A stretch of DNA of 62,539 nt, the filler included, from Candidatus Babelota bacterium (GTDB taxonomy: Bacteria; JAGOBX01), in the NCBI GenBank assembly GCA_017999075.1. It is 9 parts of 9 records of this genome, joined end to end, with 100 filler letters (N's around TTAATTAATTAA, not from the genome) between each part and the next. Parts side by side here need not be neighbours in the genome. Positions count along the whole stretch, not along the records: positions 7,018 to 13,926 come from JAGOBX010000190.1; positions 14,027 to 20,906 come from JAGOBX010000191.1; positions 21,007 to 27,876 come from JAGOBX010000192.1; 6 more parts are not named here. The stretch is one strand, 5' to 3'. The translations under genes and the position numbers were made by a program. A model generated the notes under the pieces. That model saw only the letters and a list, made by a program, of their open reading frames with translations, was not told where the DNA came from and did no database searches. Shown here piece after piece: positions 10,001 to 22,067 of the stretch (the first letter of the stretch is position 1; every line of letters begins with the position of its first letter).

Positions 10001-13000
10001 TATAACAGGTATTGAAACCCAGTTTTTATAAATGTTTGAATTAATTTCTGTTTCTAATAATGTGACAGTTATGGAATCTCTTGAACCTTCTGAATATAAC
10101 GTGATGTTCAAAGTATCTCTTAATATGTCATTAGCATAAGGATAAGTATCTGATATTGCTTGTAAATCATATGCTTCGGCTTCTAAATACATATAACTGT
10201 ATGCTGGTTCGAATGATATTTTTGTATTTGTTATTAAATTGGAATAACCTGAATCTCGATAAATTTTTATCGGACTTTTTAAACGCTCTGGAGTTATTTC
10301 AAAAGCAACCTGACGCTTTACTTCTATGCCTGGAGGAGAAGAAGTTGGAAGCATTGAATAAGGATCAAGAACTTTTACTTCAATCCAATCTCTTTTACTT
10401 GCCTCCACTCTGCCGCTTATTTGGATTCCTGCTTCATTCATATCAATTACGTAAATTGCAGTTCTGTATATTCCGGAATGTTTTTCAGTTTCGATAAGTT
10501 CATATATTGTATCCTGAGAAGCATCGCTTCTTTCAGTAGAACTTTGAACACTTATTTTTATAGTATCAGCCAGAAGATTACTGCTTGTGTTTTTATCTGC
10601 TGAAATTTCTAAGTAAATGTAATCTCCTAATTTCACAGGAGAAAATTTTGTGGATGAATAGCTTGAAGATTCTTTTAAACTTACGGAAAAAAATGATGTA
10701 GGAGGCATATATACCGCAGTATATACAGTATCGGCTCCGTTTTTTAATAAAAAATTGTAATCTGCAGGAGTTATATTATAATATTTTGTGTCGCAGAATG
10801 CTAAAACTATCTGAGTCGCAGGGGTAAGTTTAAGTTTGTTTTCGTTTATTGAAGTTACATCACTTAAAGTTATATAATTTCTGAATATACCTGTATGTTT
10901 ACCTGTTTCCAGCAGAGTTACATTGAACAGATAAGTTTGAGAATCATTGAAATTCGTGTCTCCTGAATTCATTACGGCATATAAGATTACACCGCAGGTA
11001 TCAATTGTTAATTCGTTTAAATCAGTTGCAGTCATAGAAATATTAAGTCTATCCCCATAAGTTACCTGATTGTATGAAAGCCAGTTGTCTACGAAATTGG
11101 GTTGTTTAAACCTGAGTTCGTTATAAGTTGAAGGCTGCCGCGGAATAGTCATTTTAATTGTTATAGTATCGTTTGGATCAGTTGAATTTTTTACAGTAAT
11201 ATATATCGTATCACCGTAATTCGATTTGAGTTCGTCGACTGTGTCATTTGACAAAACAGTAATTCTGAATTTGCCTTGAAATCTGCCGCTGTTTGAAGAT
11301 GATTCGGTTAATGAAAAATTTACTATATCAGTTCTGTTTGAAGAAGAATACGATTGCATATCAAGAACATCTGCTGTTAAAGAATTAATGTCATCGGCGA
11401 TTATTTCTACATATACATAATCCTCGACAGTGTATTCTCCTGTTTTATTTGTCAGATATGTTGCGTCTGTTTTGACATTAAGGCTTATAATATTGGAAGG
11501 CTGGATAGCATTAAAGATTGTTATAGTATCCCATTTATTTCCGCAGTTTATTGTTATTGTTTCACCTGTTTGATAAGCTTTTATATAATTTAGATTCTGA
11601 TAGGAAAAATTGTTTAATTCAACATAACCTCTGAAAATGCCTGAATTTTTCAAGGTTTCAGTCAATGTGATAAATATTGAACCATAAGTTGAAGTGCATA
11701 AAACGCTTGCAGTATCAATGTAATACTGATTTCTGTCTGTTGCTGTAATTTCTATGTACAGTTTACTATATGCAGGAGTGGATTCTCCTAAATCTGAAGA
11801 ATATCCTGAATTTTTGAATTTTATAGATTGAATATCAACAGGAGATTTTGGAATTGTTACATAAATTGTATCCTGAATTTGTGAAGATATATTTTGAGTC
11901 ATAACAATTGAATCACCGAATTTACAGGCCAATGTGTTTAATGTCTGATTAGAAGATTCGCCTAATTTTGCGGTTGCCTGAAATTTTCCTGAATTGCTGT
12001 TTGTTTCGACAAAGGTCAATGTTATACTGTCATTAGTTGTACGGTTATATAATATTCCTGTGAAAGTGTCGGTTGTTAATGAATTTGCGTCATTTGCAAT
12101 TGATTCGATGTATAAGTATTCATCAGGCAGCAATTCTCGGGTAATTGAAGATTCAAATAAAATTTCTTTAAAATCAATACTTAATATTGACAAAGGCTGA
12201 GAAACACCTAGTATAGCGATGCTGTCGCAATTATTTGGAGATATAAGATTAGAAATATAAATCACATTCCCTATATTTGACGCATTTATATATTTCAGGG
12301 TTGTATCTGAAAAAGTAGAAAGTTTAACTGAACCACGGTATTTTCCGGTGTTTGCACCTGTTTCCAATAATACTAATGTTATTCCTGAATTGTCTATTGT
12401 TGAAGTGCAGTAACATAACATTGTATCAATAGTTAATGAATTTCCGTCAAGCCCATTAGCTTCAATGTATAAATTAGAATTTAAAGATACATTGCCTGAC
12501 AAAATTTCAGTATATCCGGAATTCATAAATTGTAAATTATTTAGTGAAACAGGTGTTGCAGGAATAGTAATGAAAACAGTATCTACAACATTTAAATTTA
12601 TTGATGAATAAATGACTATAGTATCTCCGTAATTAACTTTTATTTTTTTTTCGGTTTGATTTGTTAATGATGAAAATTCAGCTGTTCCTCTGAATTTACC
12701 TGAATTACTGTTAGTTTCGGTTAGGTATATCCATAAACTGTCACCGGAATTTATGTTTTTTATTATTGCAATAAAACTATCTGTTGTAGAAGAATTTGCG
12801 TCTGAAGCTATAGCTTCTATATATATAATTTCATTTGGTAAAACATTTCGAGCTAATGAACTTACGTATCCGGCATTCATAAAATCTATAGATAAAATTG
12901 ATGTAGGCTGCACTGAATTTGATATGCATATACTGTCAGAAACATAAATGCCGTAATTTGCTGATATGTAAATTGTTTCTCCTGAATTATAGGCTTTTAA

Positions 13001-13711
13001 AAATTTTAAAGTCGTATCGCTGAAATTTGATAATTGAATCCAACCCCTGTATTTACCTGTGTTATTTCCTGTTTCTGTAAGTTCAACTGTTATGCCAGCC
13101 AGGTCAATCGTGGATGTACAGTAACATAACATTGTGTCAATTGATATTATATTTCCGTCCGCGCCGTTTGCTTCAATATATAAAATGGAATTCGATATAA
13201 TGTTTCCGGTTAAAACAGTTGAATAATCAGAACTCATGAAATTTAATGTATTTAGAAGAGAAGGTTGAGCCGGAATAGTTATTTTTACAGAATCGAACTC
13301 TGTTGAATTATAATAAAATCTTATTATTTCTCCTGAATTATTTTTTACGCCGATATAATTTGATTGGCTGTTTGACAAACCTTCGTTTACAATAGTTATG
13401 AGACTGCTTTTATATAATCTTGAATCAGTTGAATCCTGAGTCATTTTTATATAAATTGTATCAAATAAATTTGAGCTATGTATTACAGTAATATAAAATG
13501 TGTCTTCCGGGATAGTTTGTAAATTAGGAAAAACCGTATCTGCAAGCAAATAAAATGATGAACCAGTGGTGATTTCAAATATTGAAGAATCTGTAAATGC
13601 AGAATTTTTGTATACTGTAAGAGAACTGATATTTACTGGAGAAGATAAAATTTTATCCGGTATTCCAGTTAATAATATGAATATTATTATAAGATATTTT
13701 AAATTTTTCAT
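7018..13711 (-). CDS. Giant secreted repetitive surface protein (S-layer/adhesin-like), 3'-truncated
   Basis: Signal peptide MKNLKYLIIIFILLTG. Many ~120-aa Ser/Thr/Asn-rich repeats (LYIEA..D.N...DT...I.L.ET..NSG.F.G). Open to contig end. Confidence 0.85.
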
Positions 13712-14026
13712 TATTTTAGTTAAGTATTATAATTTTTATATAATAAAAATCAAATAGTATTTTTAGCAAATAAAAAAATCATATTATATTTTTTTATTTT
13801 ATATTTAAAGTATATTTTTAGTTCGTCTTACACAAAAAATCCAACAAAATTAAATTCGGTGAATTAATAAAAATATCTGCGTATAATTATAGTATAACAT
13901 AGTAATAAAATCATACGTAGATAATTNNNNNNNNNNNNNNNNNNNNNNNNNNNNNNNNNNNNNNNNNNNNTTAATTAATTAANNNNNNNNNNNNNNNNNN
14001 NNNNNNNNNNNNNNNNNNNNNNNNNN

Positions 14027-14698
14027 TTATGCGTATGCATTCTTGGCATTATTACTGAACGACTTTTTATAAGACCGGCATTAAATTCTTCTCTTATTTC
14101 AATAATAATAATAACTATAGGAATTTCAATAGTCTATCAGTCTGCTGCTATGCTGATATGGGGAAAAGACGCGCTTATACTTCAACCATTTTCAGAAACG
14201 GAATTTATTGAATTATCCGAAGAAACTATACTTAACGTTCAAAATATATGGATTCTCGGAATAACAATTTTTTTTATGATAATACTTCATTTATTTTTTG
14301 AAAAAACGATTACCGGAAAAGCATTCACCGCATGTTCTTCAAATCCTGCTGCTGCTGCTCTTGTGGGGATCGACAGAAATAAAATGGTATTGTTGTCTTT
14401 TGCTATAAGCGCAGGATTAAGCGGAATAGCAGGAGCAGTTTTATGTCCACTCACGAACGCAAGTTATGGAATGGGAGTATCATTCGGTTTAAAAGGGTTT
14501 TGTGCAGCTATAGTTGGAGGACTGGGAAACAATATTGGAGCTATACTTGGTGGGTTCATGTTAGGTATTATACAGGAGATGGGGGCAGGCTTTATATCTT
14601 CAGGATATAAAGACGCTATATCGTTTTCTATATTAATAATATTCCTGATATTTAAACCTTCCGGAATCCTTGGAAGCAAATGGAAAAAAAGAGTATAA
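14027..14698 (+). CDS. livH: Branched-chain amino acid ABC transporter permease, 5'-truncated
   Basis: Frame open from contig start (LGIITERLFIRP...ITIGIS); GLKGFCAAIVGGLG; KPSGILG. Confidence 0.9.
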   Translation, partial: LCVCILGIITERLFIRPALNSSLISIIIITIGISIVYQSAAMLIWGKDALILQPFSETEFIELSEETILNVQNIWILGITIFFMIILHLFFEKTITGKAFTACSSNPAAAALVGIDRNKMVLLSFAISAGLSGIAGAVLCPLTNASYGMGVSFGLKGFCAAIVGGLGNNIGAILGGFMLGIIQEMGAGFISSGYKDAISFSILIIFLIFKPSGILGSKWKKRV

Positions 14699-14777
14699 AC
14701 GATATAAGATTAAAAAATCAAAATATTATTAACATTAATTTGAAATCTAAACAAATTTAAACAAAGATTTTCAGACA

Positions 14778-15773
14778 ATGAGTTTACGTAAAGAAAAAAA
14801 AGGGCTGTTTTTATTTTTTATAATAATTATTATTCTGCCATTCATTTTAAATAAATTCCAGGCCGGAGGATATTATCTCGGAGTTCTTGTGCCTATCGGA
14901 TTATTTTCATTGGCAGCTATAGGGCTCAATCTTCTCATAGGATTTGCAGGTCAAATATCTCTCGGCCATGCAGGATTTATGAGCGCAGGAGCATACAGTT
15001 CAGTTTATATATGCAGTAAACTCGGTTACTCCGCTGTTTACGGACTAATTTTATCTATTATTGTAAACGGTATTTTAGCTTATATTATTTCAAAACCTAT
15101 TCTAAAACTCAAAGGTCATTACCTCGCAATGGCAACACTCGGAATCGGTATAATAATTCATATAATATTCCGTGAACTCATGTATTTCGGCGGTGGAGAA
15201 GGAATATCTGTTCCCGAACTTAAAATAGGTTCTTTTAATTTCAATGATTACAAAATCAAAGAAATTTCTTATTTTTATTTGTCATGGAGTATGACTTTTT
15301 TTTCTCTTTTATTATCAATAAATTTTATAAATTCAAAATCAGGCAGAGCTTTAAAAGCTATTCATTTAAATGAAATCGCAGCAAATGCCCTTGGAATAAA
15401 TGTTGCATCATACAAAACCTTCATTTTTGTATACAGCGCTATTTTAGCTGGAATAGCAGGCAGTTTAATAGCTCATTATAATGCTTATATTCTGCCGTCA
15501 ACATTTGATTTGCATACTTCAATAAAACTTGTAAGTATGGTTATACTCGGCGGTGTCATGAATATATGGGGTGCAATTCTCGGTGCATTTATAATAATGA
15601 TTCTTCCTGAACTTCTTGGAAAATTTGATGAGTATGAAGGTCTTATTTACGGAGGAATTATAATTTTAACAATGATATTTTTCCCTGAAGGTTTAATTTT
15701 TCTTATAAAGAAATGTGTAAAACATATCATTTTTTTTAAAAATAAATTTTTAAAAACTAAATCAGGTTTATGA
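14778..15773 (+). CDS. livM: Branched-chain amino acid ABC transporter permease
   Basis: GLNLLIGFAGQISLGHAGF; LKGHYLAMATLG; FPEGL. Confidence 0.92.
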   Translation: MSLRKEKKGLFLFFIIIIILPFILNKFQAGGYYLGVLVPIGLFSLAAIGLNLLIGFAGQISLGHAGFMSAGAYSSVYICSKLGYSAVYGLILSIIVNGILAYIISKPILKLKGHYLAMATLGIGIIIHIIFRELMYFGGGEGISVPELKIGSFNFNDYKIKEISYFYLSWSMTFFSLLLSINFINSKSGRALKAIHLNEIAANALGINVASYKTFIFVYSAILAGIAGSLIAHYNAYILPSTFDLHTSIKLVSMVILGGVMNIWGAILGAFIIMILPELLGKFDEYEGLIYGGIIILTMIFFPEGLIFLIKKCVKHIIFFKNKFLKTKSGL

Positions 15774-16537
15774 ACATATTATCAATTTCAAATTTAAATA
15801 AATCATTCGGTGGAATAAATGCAGTAAAACAATTATCGTTAACTGTAGAATCAAATACTATTACTGCACTAATAGGTCCAAATGGTGCAGGTAAAACAAC
15901 TGTATTTAATTTAATATCGCGCATAATAGAACCTGATTCAGGACAAATACAATATAAATCTGCTGACCTTTTAAAATTAAAACCATATCAGCTTATAAAT
16001 GAAGGCATTTCACGCACTTTTCAAAATGTTGTGTTATTTGAAAATATGTCGCTTCTTGAAAACATTATGACAGGCGGGCACATAAAATGCAGTCATGGTA
16101 TAACAAAATATTTATTTTCATTTTCATTAAGTTCAAAAGAAGACAGAATACTTAGTGAAAAATCAAAATATTACCTTGAGTTTGTCGGATTAAAAGATAA
16201 AATTAATTCCTCTATAAATGAACTTGCTTTTGGACAGCAAAGACTTGCTGAAATATCAAGGGTCCTTGTCAGTGAACCTGAATTTATGCTTCTTGACGAA
16301 CCAGCTGCAGGATTAAACCCGAAAGAAACAGAACAACTAGGCGAACTTCTGATAAACATAAAAAAAATGAACAAAACTATTCTGATTGTAGAACATGATA
16401 TGAATTTAGTTATGAACATCTCAGACAAAATTGTTGTAATGAATTTCGGAGGATTTCTTGCAGAAGGCAAACCATCGGATATTTTACATAATAAAGACGT
16501 AATATCCGCTTATCTCGGAGATGAAGAATTATGTTGA
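15770..16537 (+). CDS. livG: Branched-chain amino acid ABC transporter ATP-binding protein
   Basis: GPNGAGKTT; RTFQ; LLDEPAAG; VEHDM; AYLG. Confidence 0.93.
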   Translation: MNILSISNLNKSFGGINAVKQLSLTVESNTITALIGPNGAGKTTVFNLISRIIEPDSGQIQYKSADLLKLKPYQLINEGISRTFQNVVLFENMSLLENIMTGGHIKCSHGITKYLFSFSLSSKEDRILSEKSKYYLEFVGLKDKINSSINELAFGQQRLAEISRVLVSEPEFMLLDEPAAGLNPKETEQLGELLINIKKMNKTILIVEHDMNLVMNISDKIVVMNFGGFLAEGKPSDILHNKDVISAYLGDEELC

Positions 16538-17268
16538 CAGTAAAAAATCTGAATTCATTTTACAGTAATCTATGCGTTTTGACAAATGTGTCCATTCATA
16601 TAAATAAAGGAGAAATAGTCACTATACTCGGAGCAAACGGAGCTGGCAAAACAACTTTGCTTAATTCTGTTATGAATGTAATAAAAAACAAGACCGGCGA
16701 AATTATTTTTAATGAAAAAAATATTCTGAATTCAGATACTTGCGCAATAGTAAAATCAGGTATAACTCTCGTTCCAGAAGGCAGACAGGCATTTAATAAT
16801 CTCCCTGTAATAGATAATTTAATTCTCGGTTCTTACATGAGATACGGTTTTAAAACAGCAAAACAAATAAAATCAGATTTGACTTATATTTTTAAATTAT
16901 TTCCTGTTCTTGAATCAAGAAAAAAAGAATATGCCGGTTTTTTATCAGGAGGCGAACAGCAAATGCTCGCCATAGGGCGGGCATTAATGTCAAAACCTGC
17001 AGTTCTTCTTCTGGATGAACCTTCAATAGGACTTGCCCCAAAAATAACTTTACAGATATTCGGAATAATTAAACAGCTTGCTTCAGATGGAATTACTATT
17101 CTGATTGTCGAACAAAACGCTAATCTTGCTTTAAAATTTGCTGACAGAGGTTATATACTTGAAAACGGCAGAATAATTCTGCAGGGATATTCTGAAGATC
17201 TACGCGGTAACAACGAAGTTCAGAGAGCTTATCTCGGAGCTGACAAAACATCAAAATGGGATAGATAG
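16531..17268 (+). CDS. livF: Branched-chain amino acid ABC transporter ATP-binding protein
   Basis: GANGAGKTT; VPEGR; LSGGEQQMLAIGRALM; LDEPSIGLAP; VEQN. Confidence 0.93.
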   Translation: MLTVKNLNSFYSNLCVLTNVSIHINKGEIVTILGANGAGKTTLLNSVMNVIKNKTGEIIFNEKNILNSDTCAIVKSGITLVPEGRQAFNNLPVIDNLILGSYMRYGFKTAKQIKSDLTYIFKLFPVLESRKKEYAGFLSGGEQQMLAIGRALMSKPAVLLLDEPSIGLAPKITLQIFGIIKQLASDGITILIVEQNANLALKFADRGYILENGRIILQGYSEDLRGNNEVQRAYLGADKTSKWDR

Positions 17269-17455
17269 ATACTCCAAAAACTTTTAAAATGGCGCCCCTT
17301 AAAAAATTATAAAAATCACCTGATTTTAAATTAAAAATTACCAATTTGTTTTAATTTCATGTTTTTAAACATACAAAACCTTTTTTTTGATATTATGAAA
17401 TAAATATCCGGGTTAAAATGCATACCTGTCTGTAATATTCCGGGAAATCAAAATC

Positions 17456-20400
17456 TTATAGTTCATTAATAAAATGAGTATTTCCTTCTACTATCGCATT
17501 TTTTTTCCCTATTTTTACAATACCATCTTTAGGATCAATATACAAAAATCTATCCGAAGGAAACGGATTTAACTTTGTGTCAAAACTCCAAATTATTTCG
17601 CCTGATTTGTTATATAAAACTAATTTTCCGTCCGCAGTAAGCGTTAATTTATGTCCTTTCATTTTTTCCTGCGGAAGTTTAACTTCTTTTATAGAAATAT
17701 ATTTCGGACATTGCGCGAGCAGATTTAGTTTACTATATTTATCTGCTTCTGCATTGCTATCTTTCTGAGCTTGATTCATTTTAAATATAATACTAATAGA
17801 AGCCAAATAATCTCCCTGCATTGCATTGAACATATCATTTGCTAATGATATCGCCTCGACCCAATTATCCATAGATTTCGCGTCAAATCCCTTGGCTGCT
17901 ATCGAATTATTTCCAGTTGGCGCAAATTCGGGAATATCATTATACTGCAAATCATTGATAATTGCGTAACGAACCTTATTTGGATTTATCTTTGAGAACA
18001 GCGCAGCATCATGCGAACTCCAGATAATTCTGTTTTCGTGGTCACTCCATTTAAGTTTTTCTTTAACTGATGCAGTATTATCCATATTGCTGATATACCG
18101 CGCCAAAATTCCATTATCCAAAAATATTATCCGATTTTTTTCCGCGTCTGTTTTAGAACGCAACACTCCTGGTTTGCCTGTCCAATCCAATTCTACAAAC
18201 TGTTTACCGTTGTCTAATATTATTTCATCACCAGCTTCAAACCACATAATATTCCGGTTTTTATCGTATTTTGAAACGAAATATTCTTCAAATGCAGCTT
18301 TACTTACCGCTGATTTGCGTTCCAATAAATTCACTATTCCATCGTTAGTATTAATCACAAAATTATAACTGCCGTCAAATCGCATAGCAGTAGCGTTATT
18401 ATAACTCTGAATAATTTTACCGTTTTTATCAATGAATTTCAATAAACCGTCTTCTTCAAAAACTACAGAATTACAGCCGTAAAACAAATCGTATGTTTCA
18501 TCAAACCCTTCTTCTTTTGCAGTCATAATTTTTTTCATAGAAATTCTGAACACATTCGTATCTGCCGGTATATATGCCGTAACATTAAAATCAATGAACG
18601 GTTTGGCGATTCCTGTTTTTATCGCATCAACATACGTTGGATAGGTCATTTGCGCGATTTTCTCGCCGCCTGCTTTCATTATTCTACCGCGTTTGAAAAT
18701 ATATCTGCGTTCAGCTTCGTCTTTTTCTTTTGCTTCTGCAGCAGCCTGTTCCTCCAATTTTTTTTCTGCTTCAAGGACGCTGATTTTAAAAACAGATGCT
18801 AACGGAGAATTCACAGAATCCAGAACGCTGTCAATTATCAAATCTCCATCGCCGGTTAAAATCAGCATTTTATTTTTTGATTGATTCTTAATGCCGGATT
18901 CCCAGACTTTTGAATTATTTTTATCTAATAAAACGAGATTTCCGTCTTCCTGAAAAACACATTTTGAACCAACCCCTTTATCTTTAGTTGTGAACAATAA
19001 TTCCTCGCTATTAGTTTTAGTATCTTTTCTGACTAATTCAAGTTCGCATTTATCATTCAATCCAAAAGTATAAACAAATGAAGAACTAATTATCCTGTCT
19101 TTGCGACTCATATATTCGCCTTTTGCAAATGTCATTTTTTCATAAATATAATGTTTCTGTCCCTGTTTAAACTGCGTTTTCCACGCTTCGTCCGCAAGCT
19201 GGTTATCAGTTGCCGCTTCAATTCCTTCAGCTGTCATAATCTTCAAAACATACTCATTACCGGATTTTGCGACTATTGCATATGCATTTTTATTCTTATC
19301 ATCTCCGCCTGTCTGCGAAGTCCATAATTCGTTTCCGGTATTGCTCATAACCCTTAAATTTCCTAATGAATCCATATAACAGCTTTCTGCATTTTCAGCT
19401 GACATCAGCTGTTTATGAACCTGTGGAAATTTTCCAGCGTCATCAGTAATATAAATACTCAAACTTCCAATGCCTGTTGTTTTATTACTGCTTGCCGGGA
19501 TAAATTCAAGATACACTTTTTTATCGCCGTAACAATAGATTTTATCGCCTTTTTCAAGCATTTTTCCCGGTTCAAGCCGCGTTTTTAAATCAGCCCATTC
19601 CTTTTCATAATTATATGTTTGATAATTTAAATTATTATTTTGCGATGTTACAATATCACAAACCGGCTTTTTAGATTTATCATAAATTTCAACGCCTTTA
19701 TCAGTGACAGTTATGTAATCGCCTTTACCATCTGTGTTTGAAGTCCAGCGCATTGTTCCGTTCCATGTAAAAATCTGAAAACTTCCGTCAATCAATTCAG
19801 CATACGCGCATTCATTTGATTTCAGATTATTGGCATGCCATAATTCTTTGCAGCTTTTATCGAATAAAAACAGATTCCCGTCCTTGAAAATCAGATAAGT
19901 TCCATTTTGGGAAACCACTTTATCATTTTTATTCAAGCGTCTGCCGTTTGATATCGTTCCGCTCATCTGTTCAGCATATTTAACATCAAACGCTGCAAAT
20001 TTTTCATGATTAAGAATTTGAGATTCTTCTATTCCGGCATTCTTTACAGATTCTATCATAGCGCGCGCTTTATCGAGTTTTTCTTTGTCCGCAGTTGACG
20101 CATTCTTAACTTCTGGAAAAGCTTTTATCGCGTCATTTGCAGCCGTCAACAATGAACTCCATTCTTTAATCTTAGTTTCAATATTAACAAATTTTGTCAA
20201 ATTGGTAATCCTGCTTTCAGCAATTTTTTTATTGATTAATTCATTAATATTTTGTCTTATTTTGCTGACTGATTCTTTCATAAGAATACTTGAACTCGAA
20301 CTGGGATCATACTTGTAATTTATTTTGTTTTGCAGATCCGATAATTTAAATTTCTCGGCTTCAGGTAAAATTTGGATATTATTAATAACCATACTAATGG

Positions 20401-20905
20401 CATTTTCTACGCGTTGCGCTTCAGCCGCTTCTTTTGCCTTGACGGCAAGAATCGCGTTTTCATTATGAACGGCAAATTCATAAATGCCGGTTTTCGAAAA
20501 ATTCCCATCAGCTTCCGCCTGAAAATTTATAGAACTCGCTTTTATAGAACCAGTTGATTCATAATACCCAAAATAATTTTTCCACTCATAAGAATTATTG
20601 GTATTGTAATATTTATAAATATAAATTATTTCTTCATTTGCCGAGGGTTTATAACCGAATGAAATGCGTTCGCCTGTTGTATTATTAAATTGAATAATTA
20701 CTTTTCCTTCTCTTAACCGCCTTGAATGCCATTTGATTTTTAAAGTGGTCATTTCCGTATTAACGCCAAAATTTATTGTAAAATTCGGTTTACCGCCTTC
20801 ATCTGTAAGCCAGTAAGTATTAGTATCTCCGTCAACAATATTTTTTACGGGATAACTTCTGTTTTGGGACATTGCGGTTATTGATTTATTTAAAGCAAGA
20901 TTCAA
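17456..20905 (-). CDS. Large protein with F5/8 type C (discoidin/CBM32-like) domain and several bulb-type lectin-like modules, 5'-truncated
   Basis: NLALNK...NIVDGDTNTYW; repeated FKDGNLFLF..LW, DSLGNLRV..LWTS, FQEDGNLVLL..VWES, TADGKLVLY..IWS. Confidence 0.7.
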   Translation of the reverse strand: MNLALNKSITAMSQNRSYPVKNIVDGDTNTYWLTDEGGKPNFTINFGVNTEMTTLKIKWHSRRLREGKVIIQFNNTTGERISFGYKPSANEEIIYIYKYYNTNNSYEWKNYFGYYESTGSIKASSINFQAEADGNFSKTGIYEFAVHNENAILAVKAKEAAEAQRVENAISMVINNIQILPEAEKFKLSDLQNKINYKYDPSSSSSILMKESVSKIRQNINELINKKIAESRITNLTKFVNIETKIKEWSSLLTAANDAIKAFPEVKNASTADKEKLDKARAMIESVKNAGIEESQILNHEKFAAFDVKYAEQMSGTISNGRRLNKNDKVVSQNGTYLIFKDGNLFLFDKSCKELWHANNLKSNECAYAELIDGSFQIFTWNGTMRWTSNTDGKGDYITVTDKGVEIYDKSKKPVCDIVTSQNNNLNYQTYNYEKEWADLKTRLEPGKMLEKGDKIYCYGDKKVYLEFIPASSNKTTGIGSLSIYITDDAGKFPQVHKQLMSAENAESCYMDSLGNLRVMSNTGNELWTSQTGGDDKNKNAYAIVAKSGNEYVLKIMTAEGIEAATDNQLADEAWKTQFKQGQKHYIYEKMTFAKGEYMSRKDRIISSSFVYTFGLNDKCELELVRKDTKTNSEELLFTTKDKGVGSKCVFQEDGNLVLLDKNNSKVWESGIKNQSKNKMLILTGDGDLIIDSVLDSVNSPLASVFKISVLEAEKKLEEQAAAEAKEKDEAERRYIFKRGRIMKAGGEKIAQMTYPTYVDAIKTGIAKPFIDFNVTAYIPADTNVFRISMKKIMTAKEEGFDETYDLFYGCNSVVFEEDGLLKFIDKNGKIIQSYNNATAMRFDGSYNFVINTNDGIVNLLERKSAVSKAAFEEYFVSKYDKNRNIMWFEAGDEIILDNGKQFVELDWTGKPGVLRSKTDAEKNRIIFLDNGILARYISNMDNTASVKEKLKWSDHENRIIWSSHDAALFSKINPNKVRYAIINDLQYNDIPEFAPTGNNSIAAKGFDAKSMDNWVEAISLANDMFNAMQGDYLASISIIFKMNQAQKDSNAEADKYSKLNLLAQCPKYISIKEVKLPQEKMKGHKLTLTADGKLVLYNKSGEIIWSFDTKLNPFPSDRFLYIDPKDGIVKIGKKNAIVEGNTHFINEL

Positions 20906-21006
20906 GNNNNNNNNNNNNNNNNNNNNNNNNNNNNNNNNNNNNNNNNNNNNTTAATTAATTAANNNNNNNNNNNNNNNNNNNNNNNNNNNNNNNNNNNNNN
21001 NNNNNN

Positions 21007-22067
21007 TAATACTCCTTAATTTTATTTTTTTTAAAAACATCCGAAATAATATTCTTAATTATCTTCCAATAAATTGAAGTTGAATATATAATATTAAACG
21101 GTATAGGATTCTCCCAAAAACAACAGCACTCTTTACGGATAATTTTATCCCTAATTTTTTTTACATTTTCATTGCTCAAAACTTTTAAGATATCATAATC
21201 ATAATCTCTTATATTCCCAAAAAAATCTTCTAAAAATTCGCATGGTTTCAGTTCGCCATTTTCATACATTACAATAAGGTTTCTCCCGCTTATGCAAGTA
21301 TATTTTCTTCTATTATTCAGTATATTTTGAATAACAATTTCAGGAACAATTTTTTCAATGGCGCTCTTAATATTTTCAAATGAAAATAACGCCACATTTT
21401 TTTTTGAATATTCAGCATTTTTTATATAAGAAGAAAACTTTTTCAATAAAAACGTTTCTGTCTCTTTATCAGTAAATCTTTGAATGCCTACTGAACTGTT
21501 TATATTAATTTTATTATTTAAATAACAATCTGTTTTTTCAAAAGTTTCATAATTCTCCCGGGTTATTACAAGTCCCGACATTATATCAAAACGATTATCC
21601 TTTTTCATATAATGTTTAATAATTGAAATACATTCCAAATTTTTTTCATATAATCCAGGAATACCCCTTATTTTATCATGTTTTTCATACAAATCGTCTA
21701 TAGAAAGACAAACAGAAAAATATTTATGTTTTTTGAATTCAATCACAGATTCAAGAATTTTTTTCAGTTTTTCAGGATTATATCCATTGGTGTGAAGATT
21801 AATATACTCAACTGAAGTTCTGTTTAAAAAAATTTTAATAATTTCCATTAAATCAGAACGTAAAAAAGGTTCACCTCCTGTAAAAGACAAAACTTTTAAA
21901 GTACTGAATTTATCTGCTATTTTTCTAATTTCATCCAAACTTAATTCATCCTGAGTATTTCTATCAGCACGATTTTTATTCAAACAAAACCCGCACTTTG
22001 CATTGCATTTGGAAGTTACATAATATATCAAGTAATAAGGAGTATTTATATTTAATAAAAATTTCAT
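21007..22067 (-). CDS. Radical SAM/SPASM-type protein, 3'-truncated
   Basis: CNAKCGFC; FTGGEPFLR; C-terminal CISG..G..KPCE..CCC. Confidence 0.9.
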
